Part shown: piece after piece, positions 27,812-38,066 of the stretch | How the letters are laid out: each line of letters opens with the position of its first letter | Numbering within the stretch: the first letter of the stretch is position 1 | Assembly (NCBI GenBank): GCA_963169535.1 | Contig: CAUJED010000104.1 | Coordinates: 4,537 to 68,536 of the forward strand | Length of the DNA: 64,000 nt | Direction: 5' to 3' | Source of the DNA: Bacteroidota bacterium | Lineage (GTDB): Bacteria; Bacteroidota; Bacteroidia; Flavobacteriales_F; PHOS-HE28 | Made by a program: the position numbers and the translations under genes | Notes under the pieces: model-generated | The model's input: only the letters and a program-made list of their open reading frames with translations | What the model was told of the DNA's origin: nothing | Database searches by the model: none

Positions 27812-27819
27812 CAAAGGTA
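27812..27819 (-). promoter_or_regulatory. Candidate -7 box (TACCTTTG) for the suf operon
   Basis: It matches TAnnTTTG on the minus strand, 41-48 nt upstream of the sufA-like ATG. Confidence 0.3.
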
Positions 27820-28012
27820 CGAGGTATTGGGATCGGTCATGGAATTGTTAAACCTGCCTTGGGATACCGGCTTCTTGGACCGCGGGGTTGGTCTAACCTG
27901 ATGACCCGGAGGCCTTCAGGCACCAGGAAGGGTGGTAGGTGGCACATCCCGATGTGGATCCCAGGCTGGCTTGGCCATCCAGTTGGTAGGGACGGATGGG
28001 TAGTTTCGCCGC

Positions 28013-29053
28013 ATGTTGGGATCCTCCACACGCACGGAACTTTCTGCCCTCGGCGAATTCGGCCTTATCGAACGTCTGGCTTCCCGGATCCACCTGACCC
28101 AGCCATCGTCGGTCAAGGGTATTGGTGATGATGCCGCCGTGATCGACCCCGAAGGTCTCCATCAGGTGGTCACCACCGACATGCTCTTGGAGGGCATCCA
28201 TTTCGATCTGGGCTACGTTCCGCTGCGGCACTTGGGGTACAAGGCTATCGCGGTGAATCTGAGCGACATCTATGCGATGAACGCCGCCCCACGCCAGGTG
28301 GTGGTGGGGTTAGCGCTCAGCAATCGGTTCCCGGTGGAGGCGGTGGACGAGTTGTATGAGGGCATGCTCCTGGCTTGCCGGAACTATGGCGTGGACCTCG
28401 TTGGTGGGGATACGACCTCTTCGCGAACCGGACTGGTGATCTCGGTAACAGCGATCGGTGCCGCGAAGAAGGAGGAACTCATTTTTCGCAACGGAGCACA
28501 CGAGAAGGATCTGGTGGTGGTGAGCGGGGATCTTGGTGGGGCGTTCATGGGCCTGCAGGTGCTTGAACGGGAGAAGGCGGTGTACCAAGGTTCGGGCGGG
28601 CAGCCCGACCTGGATGGTCATGACTACATCCTAGAAAGGCAGCTGAAGCCCGAGCCAAGGCGCGACATCATCGAACTGCTGAAGAAACTGGACGTGAAAC
28701 CCACGAGCATGATCGATGTGAGCGATGGTTTGGCCAGCGAAGCCCTGCACATCGCCCGCAGCTCGGGCCTGGGGGTGCGGCTATACGATGAGAAGATCCC
28801 GATCGATCCCGCCACCTATTCCACGGCCCGTGATTTCCATCTGGACCCGACCACCTGTGTGCTCAATGGTGGGGAGGACTACGAATTGCTTTTCACCATC
28901 GCGCAAAGCGATTTTGAGAAGATCAAGGGCAATCCGAGCCTGAGCATCGTGGGACACATGGTGGATGCGGCCACCGGGAGCCATTTGGTGGATAAACAGG
29001 GTGGACTCCACCCCCTGAAGGCGCAGGGCTGGGACGCGTTCCTTCAAGGTTGA
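28013..29053 (+). CDS. thiL: Thiamine-monophosphate kinase
   Basis: GEFGLIERL, GIGDDAAVI, LVGGDTTSS motifs of the AIR-synthase-related fold. 346 aa. Confidence 0.9.
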   Translation: MLGSSTRTELSALGEFGLIERLASRIHLTQPSSVKGIGDDAAVIDPEGLHQVVTTDMLLEGIHFDLGYVPLRHLGYKAIAVNLSDIYAMNAAPRQVVVGLALSNRFPVEAVDELYEGMLLACRNYGVDLVGGDTTSSRTGLVISVTAIGAAKKEELIFRNGAHEKDLVVVSGDLGGAFMGLQVLEREKAVYQGSGGQPDLDGHDYILERQLKPEPRRDIIELLKKLDVKPTSMIDVSDGLASEALHIARSSGLGVRLYDEKIPIDPATYSTARDFHLDPTTCVLNGGEDYELLFTIAQSDFEKIKGNPSLSIVGHMVDAATGSHLVDKQGGLHPLKAQGWDAFLQG

Positions 29054-29109
29054 TCACACCCGAAATGAAGAACGCCTCCGTGAAGAGGCGTTCCGTTGTC
29101 GCTTGGTGA

Positions 29110-29397
29110 TCACCGTCGCTTTTTCCGTTTCTTCTCGCTGTCGGAAATATCATCCCCATCGTCGCTGATATCCCCATCTTGGCCGGTATTGCCGATATCC
29201 GGAGTGCCCGAACCCAAGTTACCGGAGGGCGGAGTGCCCGTTGTGCCGATCTCGCCCCCAGTGGTGTTCTTCAACGCCCCTGTAACGGCAGCCTGCGATC
29301 CAGTTGGCGTTACCACCTCCTCCTTGGTGCACGCTGTGGCCAGCACCGTAAGAAGTGCGAACATGACCAGTTGGCGGAAGTAGCGCATGGTATTCAA
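29110..29397 (-). CDS. Small putative lipoprotein with a low-complexity Gly/Thr-rich body and an acidic-then-basic tail
   Basis: Signal plus lipobox-like FALLTVLATAC. C-terminus DISDDGDDISDSEKKRKKRR. The probable start is the ATG at 29388 (MRYFRQ...). Confidence 0.55.
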   Translation of the reverse strand: MNTMRYFRQLVMFALLTVLATACTKEEVVTPTGSQAAVTGALKNTTGGEIGTTGTPPSGNLGSGTPDIGNTGQDGDISDDGDDISDSEKKRKKRR

Positions 29398-29435
29398 TGT
29401 TCAAAGATAATACGATCACCGAGTGATCGCAAGCC

Positions 29436-32432
29436 CTATCCATCCTTTGCCCAACCATTGGTCATCGGCAGGGAGACCAGGACCTGGGTACCCAGGGAGC
29501 GGCCACTTTCCGGGTCTACGCGATCCTCGGGTCCTTTGATACGTATATCTGTGAGTTCCAGCCTCCTAAGTACGTCTGCGCGTCCCTTCGTGATCTCGAT
29601 CCCACGGCTGATATGATCTCCTGTGGTGGAAGTCTTGGCATCAAGGCTTCTGCTCATCCCGATACCGTCATCGACCACCCGGACCTCGATGCGGTCGGCA
29701 GGTGCCCGAGCCACTTCGATGCGCACGGTACCTTTCCCATCCATGGGCAGTATGCCATGCCAGATGCTATTCTCCACGTACGGTTGCAGCATCATGGCGG
29801 GTAGTTTGGCTTCGGCGATGTTCAGGCCGGGCTCCACCTCGATGCGGTATTCGAACTTGTCCTTGAACCGCATGTGCTCCAGGATAAGGTAGAGTTCCAA
29901 GCGCTCCAGCTCCTCGGCCAAGGTGGTGGTGTCGCTCTGGCTGGCGTCGAGGTTCTTGCGGATCAGCTTGGCGAAGCTGGTGAGGTATCGGTTGGCCGTG
30001 GCGCGGTCCTGTTTGTTGATGTGATATTGGATGCTGTTGAGCGCGTTGAATACGAAGTGCCGGTTCATATTGGCGTTCAACGATTGCTGTTCGAGTTGCA
30101 ACATGCGGGATCGGAGCATGAGCTGTCGGGTCCTTTCGTGGCGTTCTCGGCGGATGGAACGGAACCGAAGGATGCCGTAGCCCAGACCGACGAGCACCAC
30201 GGCACAAACCGCGAAGAACCACCACCTCAGCCAGAAGGGCGGGGTGATCTCGAAGGCGAAGGAGGCGGGTGCGCTCCATCGCCCATCGCCGACGGAAGCG
30301 ATGACCTCGAAGGCGTATTGGCCATGGGAGAGGTTGCTGTAGCTGGCGAAGCGGGCGTCGGTGGCGGGCAGCCAGTCCTGGTCGAAGCCCACCAGCCGGT
30401 ACCGGTACTCCACCTTGTCGGGTTCACGGAGGGAAATGGCGAGGTAGTCGAAGGTGAGGTGGTTGCGGCGATGGTCCAGGCGAAGGCCGATGGGCAGTCC
30501 GTCGGCATCGGTGCCGGTGCTCCGGGAGGTCCAATCGGTGTTCTGCAAGAAGGAGCGCACCCCGGTGATCCGTGTGGGTGGGGGGGGGCGTAGATCGGGC
30601 ACATCGGTCTTCGGGTCGTGGAACACCAGGCCGGCGGAGCTGCCGAAGAACAGCCTGCCGCGGTCGAGCACGGCGGCGTTCAGGTTGAATTCCAAGCTGC
30701 GCAGTCCGTTGTTCAGGTTGATGTGCTCGGCCGAGGTGGGGTTCCGCAGCAGGCTATCGGGAAGGAATACGAAGAGCCCGTTGTTCGTGCCGGCCCAGAT
30801 ACGCCCTTGGTCATCGGATCGGAGCAGGCTGAGGTAGTTGGAGCCGAAGTCACCGCCGAGGTGGATGGTCCGGAGCACCCCGCCATCCAGGCAGGTCAAC
30901 CCGTTCGCGGTGCCGATCCACAAGCGCCCCTTGGCATCGGGGAGTAGGCACTGCACGGTATTGTCGCTCAACCCTTGGGCGGTGGTCCAGCGCTCGAAGC
31001 GCCCCTCGTTCATCCGCACCAAGCCATTGTCGGTGGCCATCCAGAGGTGCCCATAGGTATCGTGCCACATGCTGCGGATGGATCGGCCGGGTCCGGTAGG
31101 TCCGGCCACGTGGTGGACCACGGTGCCATCGGGCTTCAACCCGGACAGCCCTTCGCGCATGCCGAACCACAAGGTCCCGTCCGGGCCTTCGAGCAGGGAG
31201 AGGATGGGTTGTTCGAGGTCTTCCAGTTGGGGAGGCAGCCGCTGTACCACGCCGTTCACCAGGTGTACTGGACCGGCGCTCGTGCCGAACCAGAGTCCTC
31301 CGTTGCGGTCGCACAGGCCGGACCAGATGGTGTTGTTCGGCAGGCCGTCGAGGGTGGTCACCATGGCCATACCGTCCATGCGGCAGATGCCGTTGTCGTA
31401 GGTGCCGAGCCAGAGGTCGCCCTTGGTGTCGGCCGTGATGTTCATCACCTGGTCGCTGCACAATCCATCACGTACGGTGAAGGTGATGAAGCGGTCGCCG
31501 GCGTATTTCATGGCTCCCGCGCCATCGGAGCCGAACCAGAGGTCGCCGTCGCTGTCCTGGAAGGCGCAGAAGAGGTTGTCGTTGGGCAGGCCTTGGTGTA
31601 CGGTGAACACCCGGAGCCGTCCTTTGTCGAAAAGGTTGAGGCCGAACTTGGTGCCCACCCACAAACGATCGCGATCATCGAGGAGCAGGCAGCGTACGTT
31701 GTTGCGCAGGAGGCCGTTCTCCTCGTCGTACACCCGGGTGGCGCCGTCGGTGCCCATGTGGAAGAGCCCGTCGTTCACCGTTCCCACCCACCAGCTTCCA
31801 TCGCGTGCTTCGGCCAATGCGCTGATGATCTTCGGTTCGTGATCGCCCAAGGGGATCCTTTCCGTGGTGCCCTCGTGCCAGCGCAGGAGTCCTTCGCGCA
31901 ACCCGATCAGCAGGCTTCCGTTCTTCAGCAAGGCCAGGGAGCGCACATTGGTCGCCGTATCGGAGGGGTAGCCGGGTAGGGGTGCGATCCCTTGGGGCGT
32001 GCGCACGTGCATCCCGCCGCCATCGGTGCCGATGTACAGCCTGCCGTCGGTGGTGGCGGCGAGCGCGAGGATCCGTGCGTTCTTGCTCTCGGCGGGGAGT
32101 GGTTCGAGGTGGAAGCCGCGCCCATCCCACCGGACCAGGGTGTTGCCTGCCCCCAGGAACAGGTCGCCCGCTGCGCCGCGTACCATGGCGCTGATCTGTG
32201 GGTCGGGCAGGCCGTCGGCAAGGGTGAAGTTGGTGAACTCCGACCCATCGAACCGGCTGGCCCCGCCCAAGGTGCCGAACCAGAGGTAGCCCTCGGCATC
32301 TTGTGCCATGGCGCGTACCTGGCTTTGTGCCAGCCCATCCTTGGTGGTGAGCTGTTTGAAGCTATGCTGCTGGGCCCGGGTGGGAGCCGTGGAACAGAAC
32401 AGGAAGAGGGCGATGAGTAGATAGCGCAGCAT
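29436..32432 (-). CDS. Hybrid-architecture sensor: periplasmic two-component-regulator beta-propeller repeats plus a Y_Y_Y-like region, TM helix, LytS/YehU-type histidine kinase
   Basis: Signal peptide; more than 12 repeats of the form GL..N.V..L..D..G.LW.GT..GL. TM segment WWFFAVCAVVLVGLGYGIL. His_kinase motif NRHFVFNALNSIQYHI. ATPase N-box ENSIWHGI. Confidence 0.88.
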   Translation of the reverse strand: MLRYLLIALFLFCSTAPTRAQQHSFKQLTTKDGLAQSQVRAMAQDAEGYLWFGTLGGASRFDGSEFTNFTLADGLPDPQISAMVRGAAGDLFLGAGNTLVRWDGRGFHLEPLPAESKNARILALAATTDGRLYIGTDGGGMHVRTPQGIAPLPGYPSDTATNVRSLALLKNGSLLIGLREGLLRWHEGTTERIPLGDHEPKIISALAEARDGSWWVGTVNDGLFHMGTDGATRVYDEENGLLRNNVRCLLLDDRDRLWVGTKFGLNLFDKGRLRVFTVHQGLPNDNLFCAFQDSDGDLWFGSDGAGAMKYAGDRFITFTVRDGLCSDQVMNITADTKGDLWLGTYDNGICRMDGMAMVTTLDGLPNNTIWSGLCDRNGGLWFGTSAGPVHLVNGVVQRLPPQLEDLEQPILSLLEGPDGTLWFGMREGLSGLKPDGTVVHHVAGPTGPGRSIRSMWHDTYGHLWMATDNGLVRMNEGRFERWTTAQGLSDNTVQCLLPDAKGRLWIGTANGLTCLDGGVLRTIHLGGDFGSNYLSLLRSDDQGRIWAGTNNGLFVFLPDSLLRNPTSAEHINLNNGLRSLEFNLNAAVLDRGRLFFGSSAGLVFHDPKTDVPDLRPPPPTRITGVRSFLQNTDWTSRSTGTDADGLPIGLRLDHRRNHLTFDYLAISLREPDKVEYRYRLVGFDQDWLPATDARFASYSNLSHGQYAFEVIASVGDGRWSAPASFAFEITPPFWLRWWFFAVCAVVLVGLGYGILRFRSIRRERHERTRQLMLRSRMLQLEQQSLNANMNRHFVFNALNSIQYHINKQDRATANRYLTSFAKLIRKNLDASQSDTTTLAEELERLELYLILEHMRFKDKFEYRIEVEPGLNIAEAKLPAMMLQPYVENSIWHGILPMDGKGTVRIEVARAPADRIEVRVVDDGIGMSRSLDAKTSTTGDHISRGIEITKGRADVLRRLELTDIRIKGPEDRVDPESGRSLGTQVLVSLPMTNGWAKDG

Positions 32433-32447
32433 CCACCCCGAAGGTCG

Positions 32448-33200
32448 TTAGAAGGTGTTGATCAGCCCCAGGAAGTCGGGTAGCCGACGCCGGGAAACGG
32501 GGATCAGCGCTCCGCTGTCCAGTACGGCCATATTGCCTTCGGTGCGGTTGAAACCACGGAGGTGGGCCAGGTTGATGATGAAGGATTTGTGAACGCGGAA
32601 GAACGTCTTCGGGTCCAGGTTGTTCTCGAACACGCGGATGTGCTTGCTGCTCACGCTGCGCTTGCCATCCTTCAGGTGGATGGTGGTATAGCTGTCGTTG
32701 GCCTCGAGGTACAGGATGTCCTCATGCTTGAGCAACACCAACCCATCGCGACCAGGAACGGCCACGCGGGAGCTGAGCGGTGATGCGGGATCCTTCATCA
32801 ACGCGGCGATGGCCGAAGGTTGAGGGCCGCTGATCTCGTCGGTCTGCCGCAGTAGTTTCTTCACGGCCCGTTGCAGGGCGTCGATGTCCACGGGTTTCTC
32901 CAGGTAGTCCAAGGCGTTCTGCTGGAAGGCCTTCAAGGCATATTCATCGTAGGCTGTCACGAACACGACCGGAAGGTCCAGTTCGGCGATGGAGGCCAGT
33001 AGGGCGAAGCCATCTTCGCCGGGCATCTTGATATCGAGGAAGAGGGCGTTGGGCTGAAGCGTGGCGATCTTGTTCCGTGCTTCGGCCGCACTCCCCGCTT
33101 GTCCCAGGACCTGCACTTCGGGGCAGTGCTCCTCCAGCATCAGGCGGAGGTTTTCTCGTGCATCCGCTTCATCATCCACGATCAGAACACGCAAGGCCAT
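32448..33200 (-). CDS. LytR/AlgR-family response regulator (REC + LytTR DNA-binding domain)
   Basis: RVLIVDDEADAREN, DIKMPGEDGF, VVFVTAYDEYALKAF. LytTR-type C-terminus VHKSFIINLAHL. Confidence 0.9.
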   Translation of the reverse strand: MALRVLIVDDEADARENLRLMLEEHCPEVQVLGQAGSAAEARNKIATLQPNALFLDIKMPGEDGFALLASIAELDLPVVFVTAYDEYALKAFQQNALDYLEKPVDIDALQRAVKKLLRQTDEISGPQPSAIAALMKDPASPLSSRVAVPGRDGLVLLKHEDILYLEANDSYTTIHLKDGKRSVSSKHIRVFENNLDPKTFFRVHKSFIINLAHLRGFNRTEGNMAVLDSGALIPVSRRRLPDFLGLINTF

Positions 33201-33729
33201 GGCGGGGTGGTTTGCCGAAAATTAGGTGAAGTGAGCGAAGTGGGGCGAATGGAACGGAGAACGGCCACAAGGAGCCGGACAACGGAACCTGTGGACGGAC
33301 CAGTGGTACGGTGCTGGTGGTTCACATGGCCAGGGGCGGTGTTCCGGTTGGTGGATAGGGCCGTTCACGGCCGGAGACCATCCGTTGCTCGTTCGGCACT
33401 CCGTGTCGCTGGATCGGGATGTAGCTTGGCCTTCGGAGCGGACCTGCATTGGGGGTGGCGTGCAACGCATGGCGCTGGGTGGATCGTCCACTCCCTGGTC
33501 CGTTCGGTCTGGTGTGTTTTTGGTTTGGTGGTGGGGCCCGAATTGCAGAAATGCGGTTCGGGCTCCTGCTTTTCCACCGGCCATGGATCAGTCGGAGCGC
33601 TGCGGGTATCCTGGTGGCCCCGGTTCAGGACCATGATGGCGATCGGACCCCTTGGGAGGTCCGGTGGGGAGGAGATGGGTGTAACCCGGTCGAGGGTCTC
33701 CACGTACAACGGGTGAATCCGCTCTCCAC

Positions 33730-33987
33730 ATGAACCCCTCAACCAACGAGATCCGTGTCCGGGTCGATCAGATCGAGCGCCTGCTCATGTTCGATTATGA
33801 ACCTGGGTCGGAGGAGGCGCTGTTCGATATCTGCGACCGGTCGGGACAGGTGGTGAAGACCGGCGAGGTGCGCGGCCCTGTGACCCAGGTGCGTGTCACC
33901 GACCTGGAAGGCGAAGAGTACTACCTGATGGTGCTTGATGGTGAATTGAGCACGGTGAAGTCGTTCCAACTTCGCAAGGTGGCATAG
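33730..33987 (+). CDS. Small hypothetical protein (85 aa)
   Basis: The ORF has reasonable composition. Its second half (FDICDRSGQVVKTGEV...VTDLEGEEYYLMVLDGELSTVKSFQLRK) resembles a free-standing beta-sandwich like T9SS sorting domains, but I recognise no family. Confidence 0.4.
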   Translation: MNPSTNEIRVRVDQIERLLMFDYEPGSEEALFDICDRSGQVVKTGEVRGPVTQVRVTDLEGEEYYLMVLDGELSTVKSFQLRKVA

Positions 33988-34257
33988 CCCCGCACGGCCG
34001 GTCGTTCCATTCTTTTTTCCGTGGTGCTCCACGGGTGTGGCCCGACCTCGATCCATGGGGTTTGTACGGCGAGGTGCAGCGTTGCAGGTGCTTGGAAGGC
34101 CCCTGGCCCATTCATGGCCGTATCGAAGGCATGTCCCTACGGCAGGCCAGTGGTCCATGTTCCAGCACGCCGTGGAAGAGGGCCGGACCTTTCAACTTCG
34201 ATGGGGTTCGACATGCCCTGTAACCCCAATGTGCAGTGGAGCGTTACAAGCGGCGCA

Positions 34258-36180
34258 ATGAGCGATACTTCTGAACGACGGAACGCGCCCTCCATGGGGC
34301 GCGCTTTCATGACCTGCGTGGTGGTCGGTGTGGCGGTGAGCGTGAGCCAGGGGCAAGCGCCGGGTGGAGTGTCCTCCGGCCTTGCCGTATGGTATAAGGC
34401 CGACCAGAATGTGGTGGGCAACCCGGTGAGTGCGTGGAATACGAGTGGCGGCAGCGCATCGACCTACCACCTCACCCAGTCCACCTCGGCGTACCGCCCT
34501 GCAGTGATCCAAGGGAACGTCGATTACAAGCGATACAATTACAACAAGCGTATCGACTTCGCCGTAGCCTCGAGCAAGCGCTTGCAGAACACCTCCACAT
34601 CGCCGAACCTCTATGGCACCGGGGGCAGTGTCTTTTTGGTCACCGACCAGGACCCCAGTGGTGGGAATGGCACGGGCCTCACCTACTCCTCCGGTCTGTC
34701 CACACAGCGGATCCAGATCAAGCCATCCTTCCGCATCCAGACATCGACCGGCTCCTTGGGGTACACCGGCGACCATTCCGCGCCCACGGAGTATTCCAAC
34801 CGTTCGGCGTCGATCCTCTCCGTGACCGGCCTTGGCTCTTCGGCCACGCACCGGTTGAATTCGACGCCCTATCCATGCACCAATTGTGGGAGCGGGGTTT
34901 ACAACCCGGTCATCACCACTGGATTGCATGTGGGACGTAACGGCGGAGGCTCCGAGTACGTGGATTGCGATATGGGCGAGATCATCATCTATAGTGCCGC
35001 GCTCACTACGGCGCAGATCCAACGGGTGGAATCCTATTTGGCCATCAAGTACGGGATCACCCGTGGCGGAAACACGGGCACGAGTTCCACATACAACTAC
35101 GTGAACTCCGGTGGCACGGCGATCTGGGACAAGACCACGAACAGCGGTTTCAACAACGACATCGCGGGCATCGGGCGCGATGATGGCAGTGCGCTCGTCC
35201 AGAAGCAATCCATCAGCGTGAACAACGCCGAATCCGTGTCCATCGGCTTGGTGAGCATCGATGCGAGCAATGCCGCCAACAGCAACACCTTCTCCGCCAA
35301 CAATTCCTTTGTCATGTGGGGGAACAACGGAGGAGCACAGAACACCGTATTCTCCGACCCGGCGTGTTTCGCCAACATGCCCGTTGGGGTGCAAGCCAAG
35401 GTGCAGCGGACGTGGAAGGTGCAGGCGACGAATTTCAGCCAAACGGTCACCATCGGTTTCGAGGCCTCGGCCTTGGTCGGTTATGCTCCTATCGCCAACC
35501 TCCGGTTGTTGGTGGATAATGACGGAACCAATTGGTCCAATGCCACCGTGGTGTCCGGTGCCGTGGTGGATGGGACCCGGATCGAGTTCGCGGGGGTGTC
35601 CCTGAGCGCTGCCCGGCCCTATTTCACCCTGGCCACATCGGACTTCACGGCAACGCCTTTGCCGGTGGAGCTTCTGTTCTTCAACGCACGACCCTATGGC
35701 AGTGGTTCCGTAGACCTGGAGTGGGCCACGGCCAGCGAGATGGGTAACGACCACTTCGTGGTGGAACGCAGTCAGGATGGTATGGACTTCCAGGACATCG
35801 GACGGGTGCAGGGGAATGGTGGTTCCATGGTGCGCGAGGATTATGGCCTGCGGGATCCGGCACCGATCCTTGGAGTGGGCTATTACCGGTTGAAGCAGGT
35901 GGATGTCAATGGCGCCATCACCTATTCCAACGTGGTCGCCGTGACCCTTGGGTCCGATGATCGACTGAACGTGTTTCCGAACCCTGCACACGGTCTGGTA
36001 AGGATCGTCGGGATGCCCACGGAGGTTGGGTCTCCATTGGAATTGTTCGACGCATGTGGCGCCAAGGTCCCCATCTTCCCGATCGGGTCGGACATGGGGG
36101 TGTTGGACGTGAGCACGTTGCCCAAGGGAGTGTACTTGCTCCGGGTCGATGGCCGAACGGCACGTATCGTGAAGGAATGA
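34258..36180 (+). CDS. Secreted LamG/concanavalin-like lectin-domain protein with a T9SS type-A C-terminal sorting domain
   Basis: Signal-like MGRAFMTCVVVGVAVSVSQGQ. LamG-type end motif EIIIYSAALTTAQIQRVESYLAIKYGIT. C-terminus LNVFPNPAHGLVRI...LPKGVYLLRVDGRTARIVKE. The start (34258 or 34294) is uncertain. Confidence 0.8.
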   Translation: MSDTSERRNAPSMGRAFMTCVVVGVAVSVSQGQAPGGVSSGLAVWYKADQNVVGNPVSAWNTSGGSASTYHLTQSTSAYRPAVIQGNVDYKRYNYNKRIDFAVASSKRLQNTSTSPNLYGTGGSVFLVTDQDPSGGNGTGLTYSSGLSTQRIQIKPSFRIQTSTGSLGYTGDHSAPTEYSNRSASILSVTGLGSSATHRLNSTPYPCTNCGSGVYNPVITTGLHVGRNGGGSEYVDCDMGEIIIYSAALTTAQIQRVESYLAIKYGITRGGNTGTSSTYNYVNSGGTAIWDKTTNSGFNNDIAGIGRDDGSALVQKQSISVNNAESVSIGLVSIDASNAANSNTFSANNSFVMWGNNGGAQNTVFSDPACFANMPVGVQAKVQRTWKVQATNFSQTVTIGFEASALVGYAPIANLRLLVDNDGTNWSNATVVSGAVVDGTRIEFAGVSLSAARPYFTLATSDFTATPLPVELLFFNARPYGSGSVDLEWATASEMGNDHFVVERSQDGMDFQDIGRVQGNGGSMVREDYGLRDPAPILGVGYYRLKQVDVNGAITYSNVVAVTLGSDDRLNVFPNPAHGLVRIVGMPTEVGSPLELFDACGAKVPIFPIGSDMGVLDVSTLPKGVYLLRVDGRTARIVKE

Positions 36181-36338
36181 CCCTTCAGGTTCTTCACGGC
36201 ACGGTGGGCGAGGTCAATGGCGACGAGGTAGCGGGCGGGCCACACGAGGAGTGCGCACCGACCGCGCATTATGCATGGAGGCCCTTCTCAACGAGGTGAA
36301 AGGACTTTCTTGGCCCGCCTGGTCCAACCGCCGGGCCG

Positions 36339-37646
36339 CTACCCCACGGTCGCTTTCGTACGCTGCATCAGCTCCTCCACGGCATCGGCCTCCACGGGAA
36401 TGTCCTTGAACAGGTCGATCGGGTTGTCGCGGGTCACCAGGATGTTGTTCTCCAGGCGGATCCCCAGCTTCTCCTCGCGGATGTAGATGCCCGGCTCCAC
36501 GGTGAACACCATGTTCGGCTGGATCATCTCGTTCCACAGGCCCACGTCGTGCACGTCCAGTCCCAGGAAGTGGCTGGTGCCATGCATGAAGTACTTCTTG
36601 TAGAGCGGCTTCTCGGGATCCTGTTTGGCCACGTCGTTCTTATCCAGCAGCCCCAGGCCGATCAGTTCGCTCTCCATGATCCTGCCCACCTGCTTGTGGT
36701 AGTCGGCGAGCAGGGTGCCGGGCCGCAGCAATTGGGTGGCCTCCTTCTGCACGCGGAGTACGGCGTTGTACACGTCCTTCTGCCGCTTGGTGAAACGGCC
36801 GTTCACGGGAATGCTGCGCGTGAGGTCGCTCGCGTAGCCACCGTACTCGCAGCCGAAGTCCATCAGGATCACATCGCCGTCGTTGCACACCTGGTCGTTG
36901 GTGATGTAGTGCAGCACGCAGGCGTTGTACCCGCTGGCGATGATGGGCGTGTAGGCATGCCCGCGCGAGCCGTTGCGCACGAACTCATGCGTGATCTCCG
37001 CCTCGATCTCGTATTCCTTCACGCCGGGTTTCACGAAGCCGCACACCCGCTCGAACGCCTTTCCCGTGATCGCGATCGCACGCTGGATCTGCGCCACCTC
37101 CTCCTTGGTCTTGCGACTGCGGATGCGGTGCATGATGGGTGCGCTGCGTTTCACGCTGTGCAATGGATACTGCGCACGCAGCTCCTTGTTCTTGCGCTCC
37201 TCGCGTGTTTCCACCTCGTTGCTCTGGCGCAGGTGCTCGTTGCTGTTCAGGTACAGGTGCTCGCACTGCGGCACCAACCGCTTGATCGTGGCCTCGTAGC
37301 TCGTGGTCCACAGCACGGTGGCAATGCCGCTCAGCTCGCTCGCTTCCTTCTGCGAGAATTTGGCGCCTTCCCAGATCGCGATCAGTTCGCTGGTCTCGCG
37401 CACGAAGAGGATCTCGCGGTCCTTCGGGTCCACCGCGTCGGGGAAGAGCAGCAGGATCGTCTCCTCCTGGTCGATGCCGCTGAGGTGGAAGATGTCGCTG
37501 GCCTGCTTGAAGGGCATCGTGCCATCGGCGCTGGTGGGCATGATGTCGTTGCTGTGGAACACGGCCAGGCCGCCTTTCTCCATGGCCTGCCGAAGTTGCA
37601 GGCGGTGTTCGCGGTAGGTGGCGGCGCTGAGGGGTTGGTAACGCAT
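36339..37646 (-). CDS. pepP: Xaa-Pro aminopeptidase (M24B, PepP-like)
   Basis: Metal-ligand contexts DGDVILMDFGCEYGGYASD, HGTSHFLGLDVHD, VEPGIYI. 435 aa. Confidence 0.9.
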   Translation of the reverse strand: MRYQPLSAATYREHRLQLRQAMEKGGLAVFHSNDIMPTSADGTMPFKQASDIFHLSGIDQEETILLLFPDAVDPKDREILFVRETSELIAIWEGAKFSQKEASELSGIATVLWTTSYEATIKRLVPQCEHLYLNSNEHLRQSNEVETREERKNKELRAQYPLHSVKRSAPIMHRIRSRKTKEEVAQIQRAIAITGKAFERVCGFVKPGVKEYEIEAEITHEFVRNGSRGHAYTPIIASGYNACVLHYITNDQVCNDGDVILMDFGCEYGGYASDLTRSIPVNGRFTKRQKDVYNAVLRVQKEATQLLRPGTLLADYHKQVGRIMESELIGLGLLDKNDVAKQDPEKPLYKKYFMHGTSHFLGLDVHDVGLWNEMIQPNMVFTVEPGIYIREEKLGIRLENNILVTRDNPIDLFKDIPVEADAVEELMQRTKATVG

Positions 37647-37793
37647 GTGCTGGAAGCTGGAGGTGCGAAGTTAGAGGGGTGACCGGGTGCGAGGGTGCAG
37701 TGGCCCCGATATACCTTGTTCGTCTGGGCCGCCAAGCCCAGCGATCTCAGCCCACTGCATCCGATAACTTCGTCCCACCACGAACAACCCATC

Positions 37794-38066
37794 ATGCAAC
37801 GCATCCACGTCTCCATCAAACTCTCCCCCGAAGGCATGGCTCATATCCGTGCCACACCGGAACTGCAAAAAGCGGAAAAGGACTATGTGGACCGCTGGAA
37901 GGAAGAGGGCCTGTTGGAGAGCTTCTACATCTCTACCGATAGGACCGGCGCCATCCTGGTGTTCGCCGGCGTGGATGAAGCCCGTACGAGGGAGCTGATC
38001 GGAACGCTGCCGTACTTCCCGTACATGTCGATGGTGGAGTACGTAGACCTGGTGAAGCAGTTCTGA
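37794..38066 (+). CDS. Muconolactone delta-isomerase-family small protein
   Basis: 90 aa from the ATG at 37794. The ferredoxin-like pattern and LPYFPYMSMVEYVDL resemble the CatC LPLFPYMDIEV motif. Confidence 0.55.
   Translation: MQRIHVSIKLSPEGMAHIRATPELQKAEKDYVDRWKEEGLLESFYISTDRTGAILVFAGVDEARTRELIGTLPYFPYMSMVEYVDLVKQF

Noticed and set aside
34192-35991. 599-aa minus-strand ORF
   Set aside because: It is antisense to the LamG/T9SS cargo gene. It is Arg/Gly/His-rich with no signal peptide or motifs.
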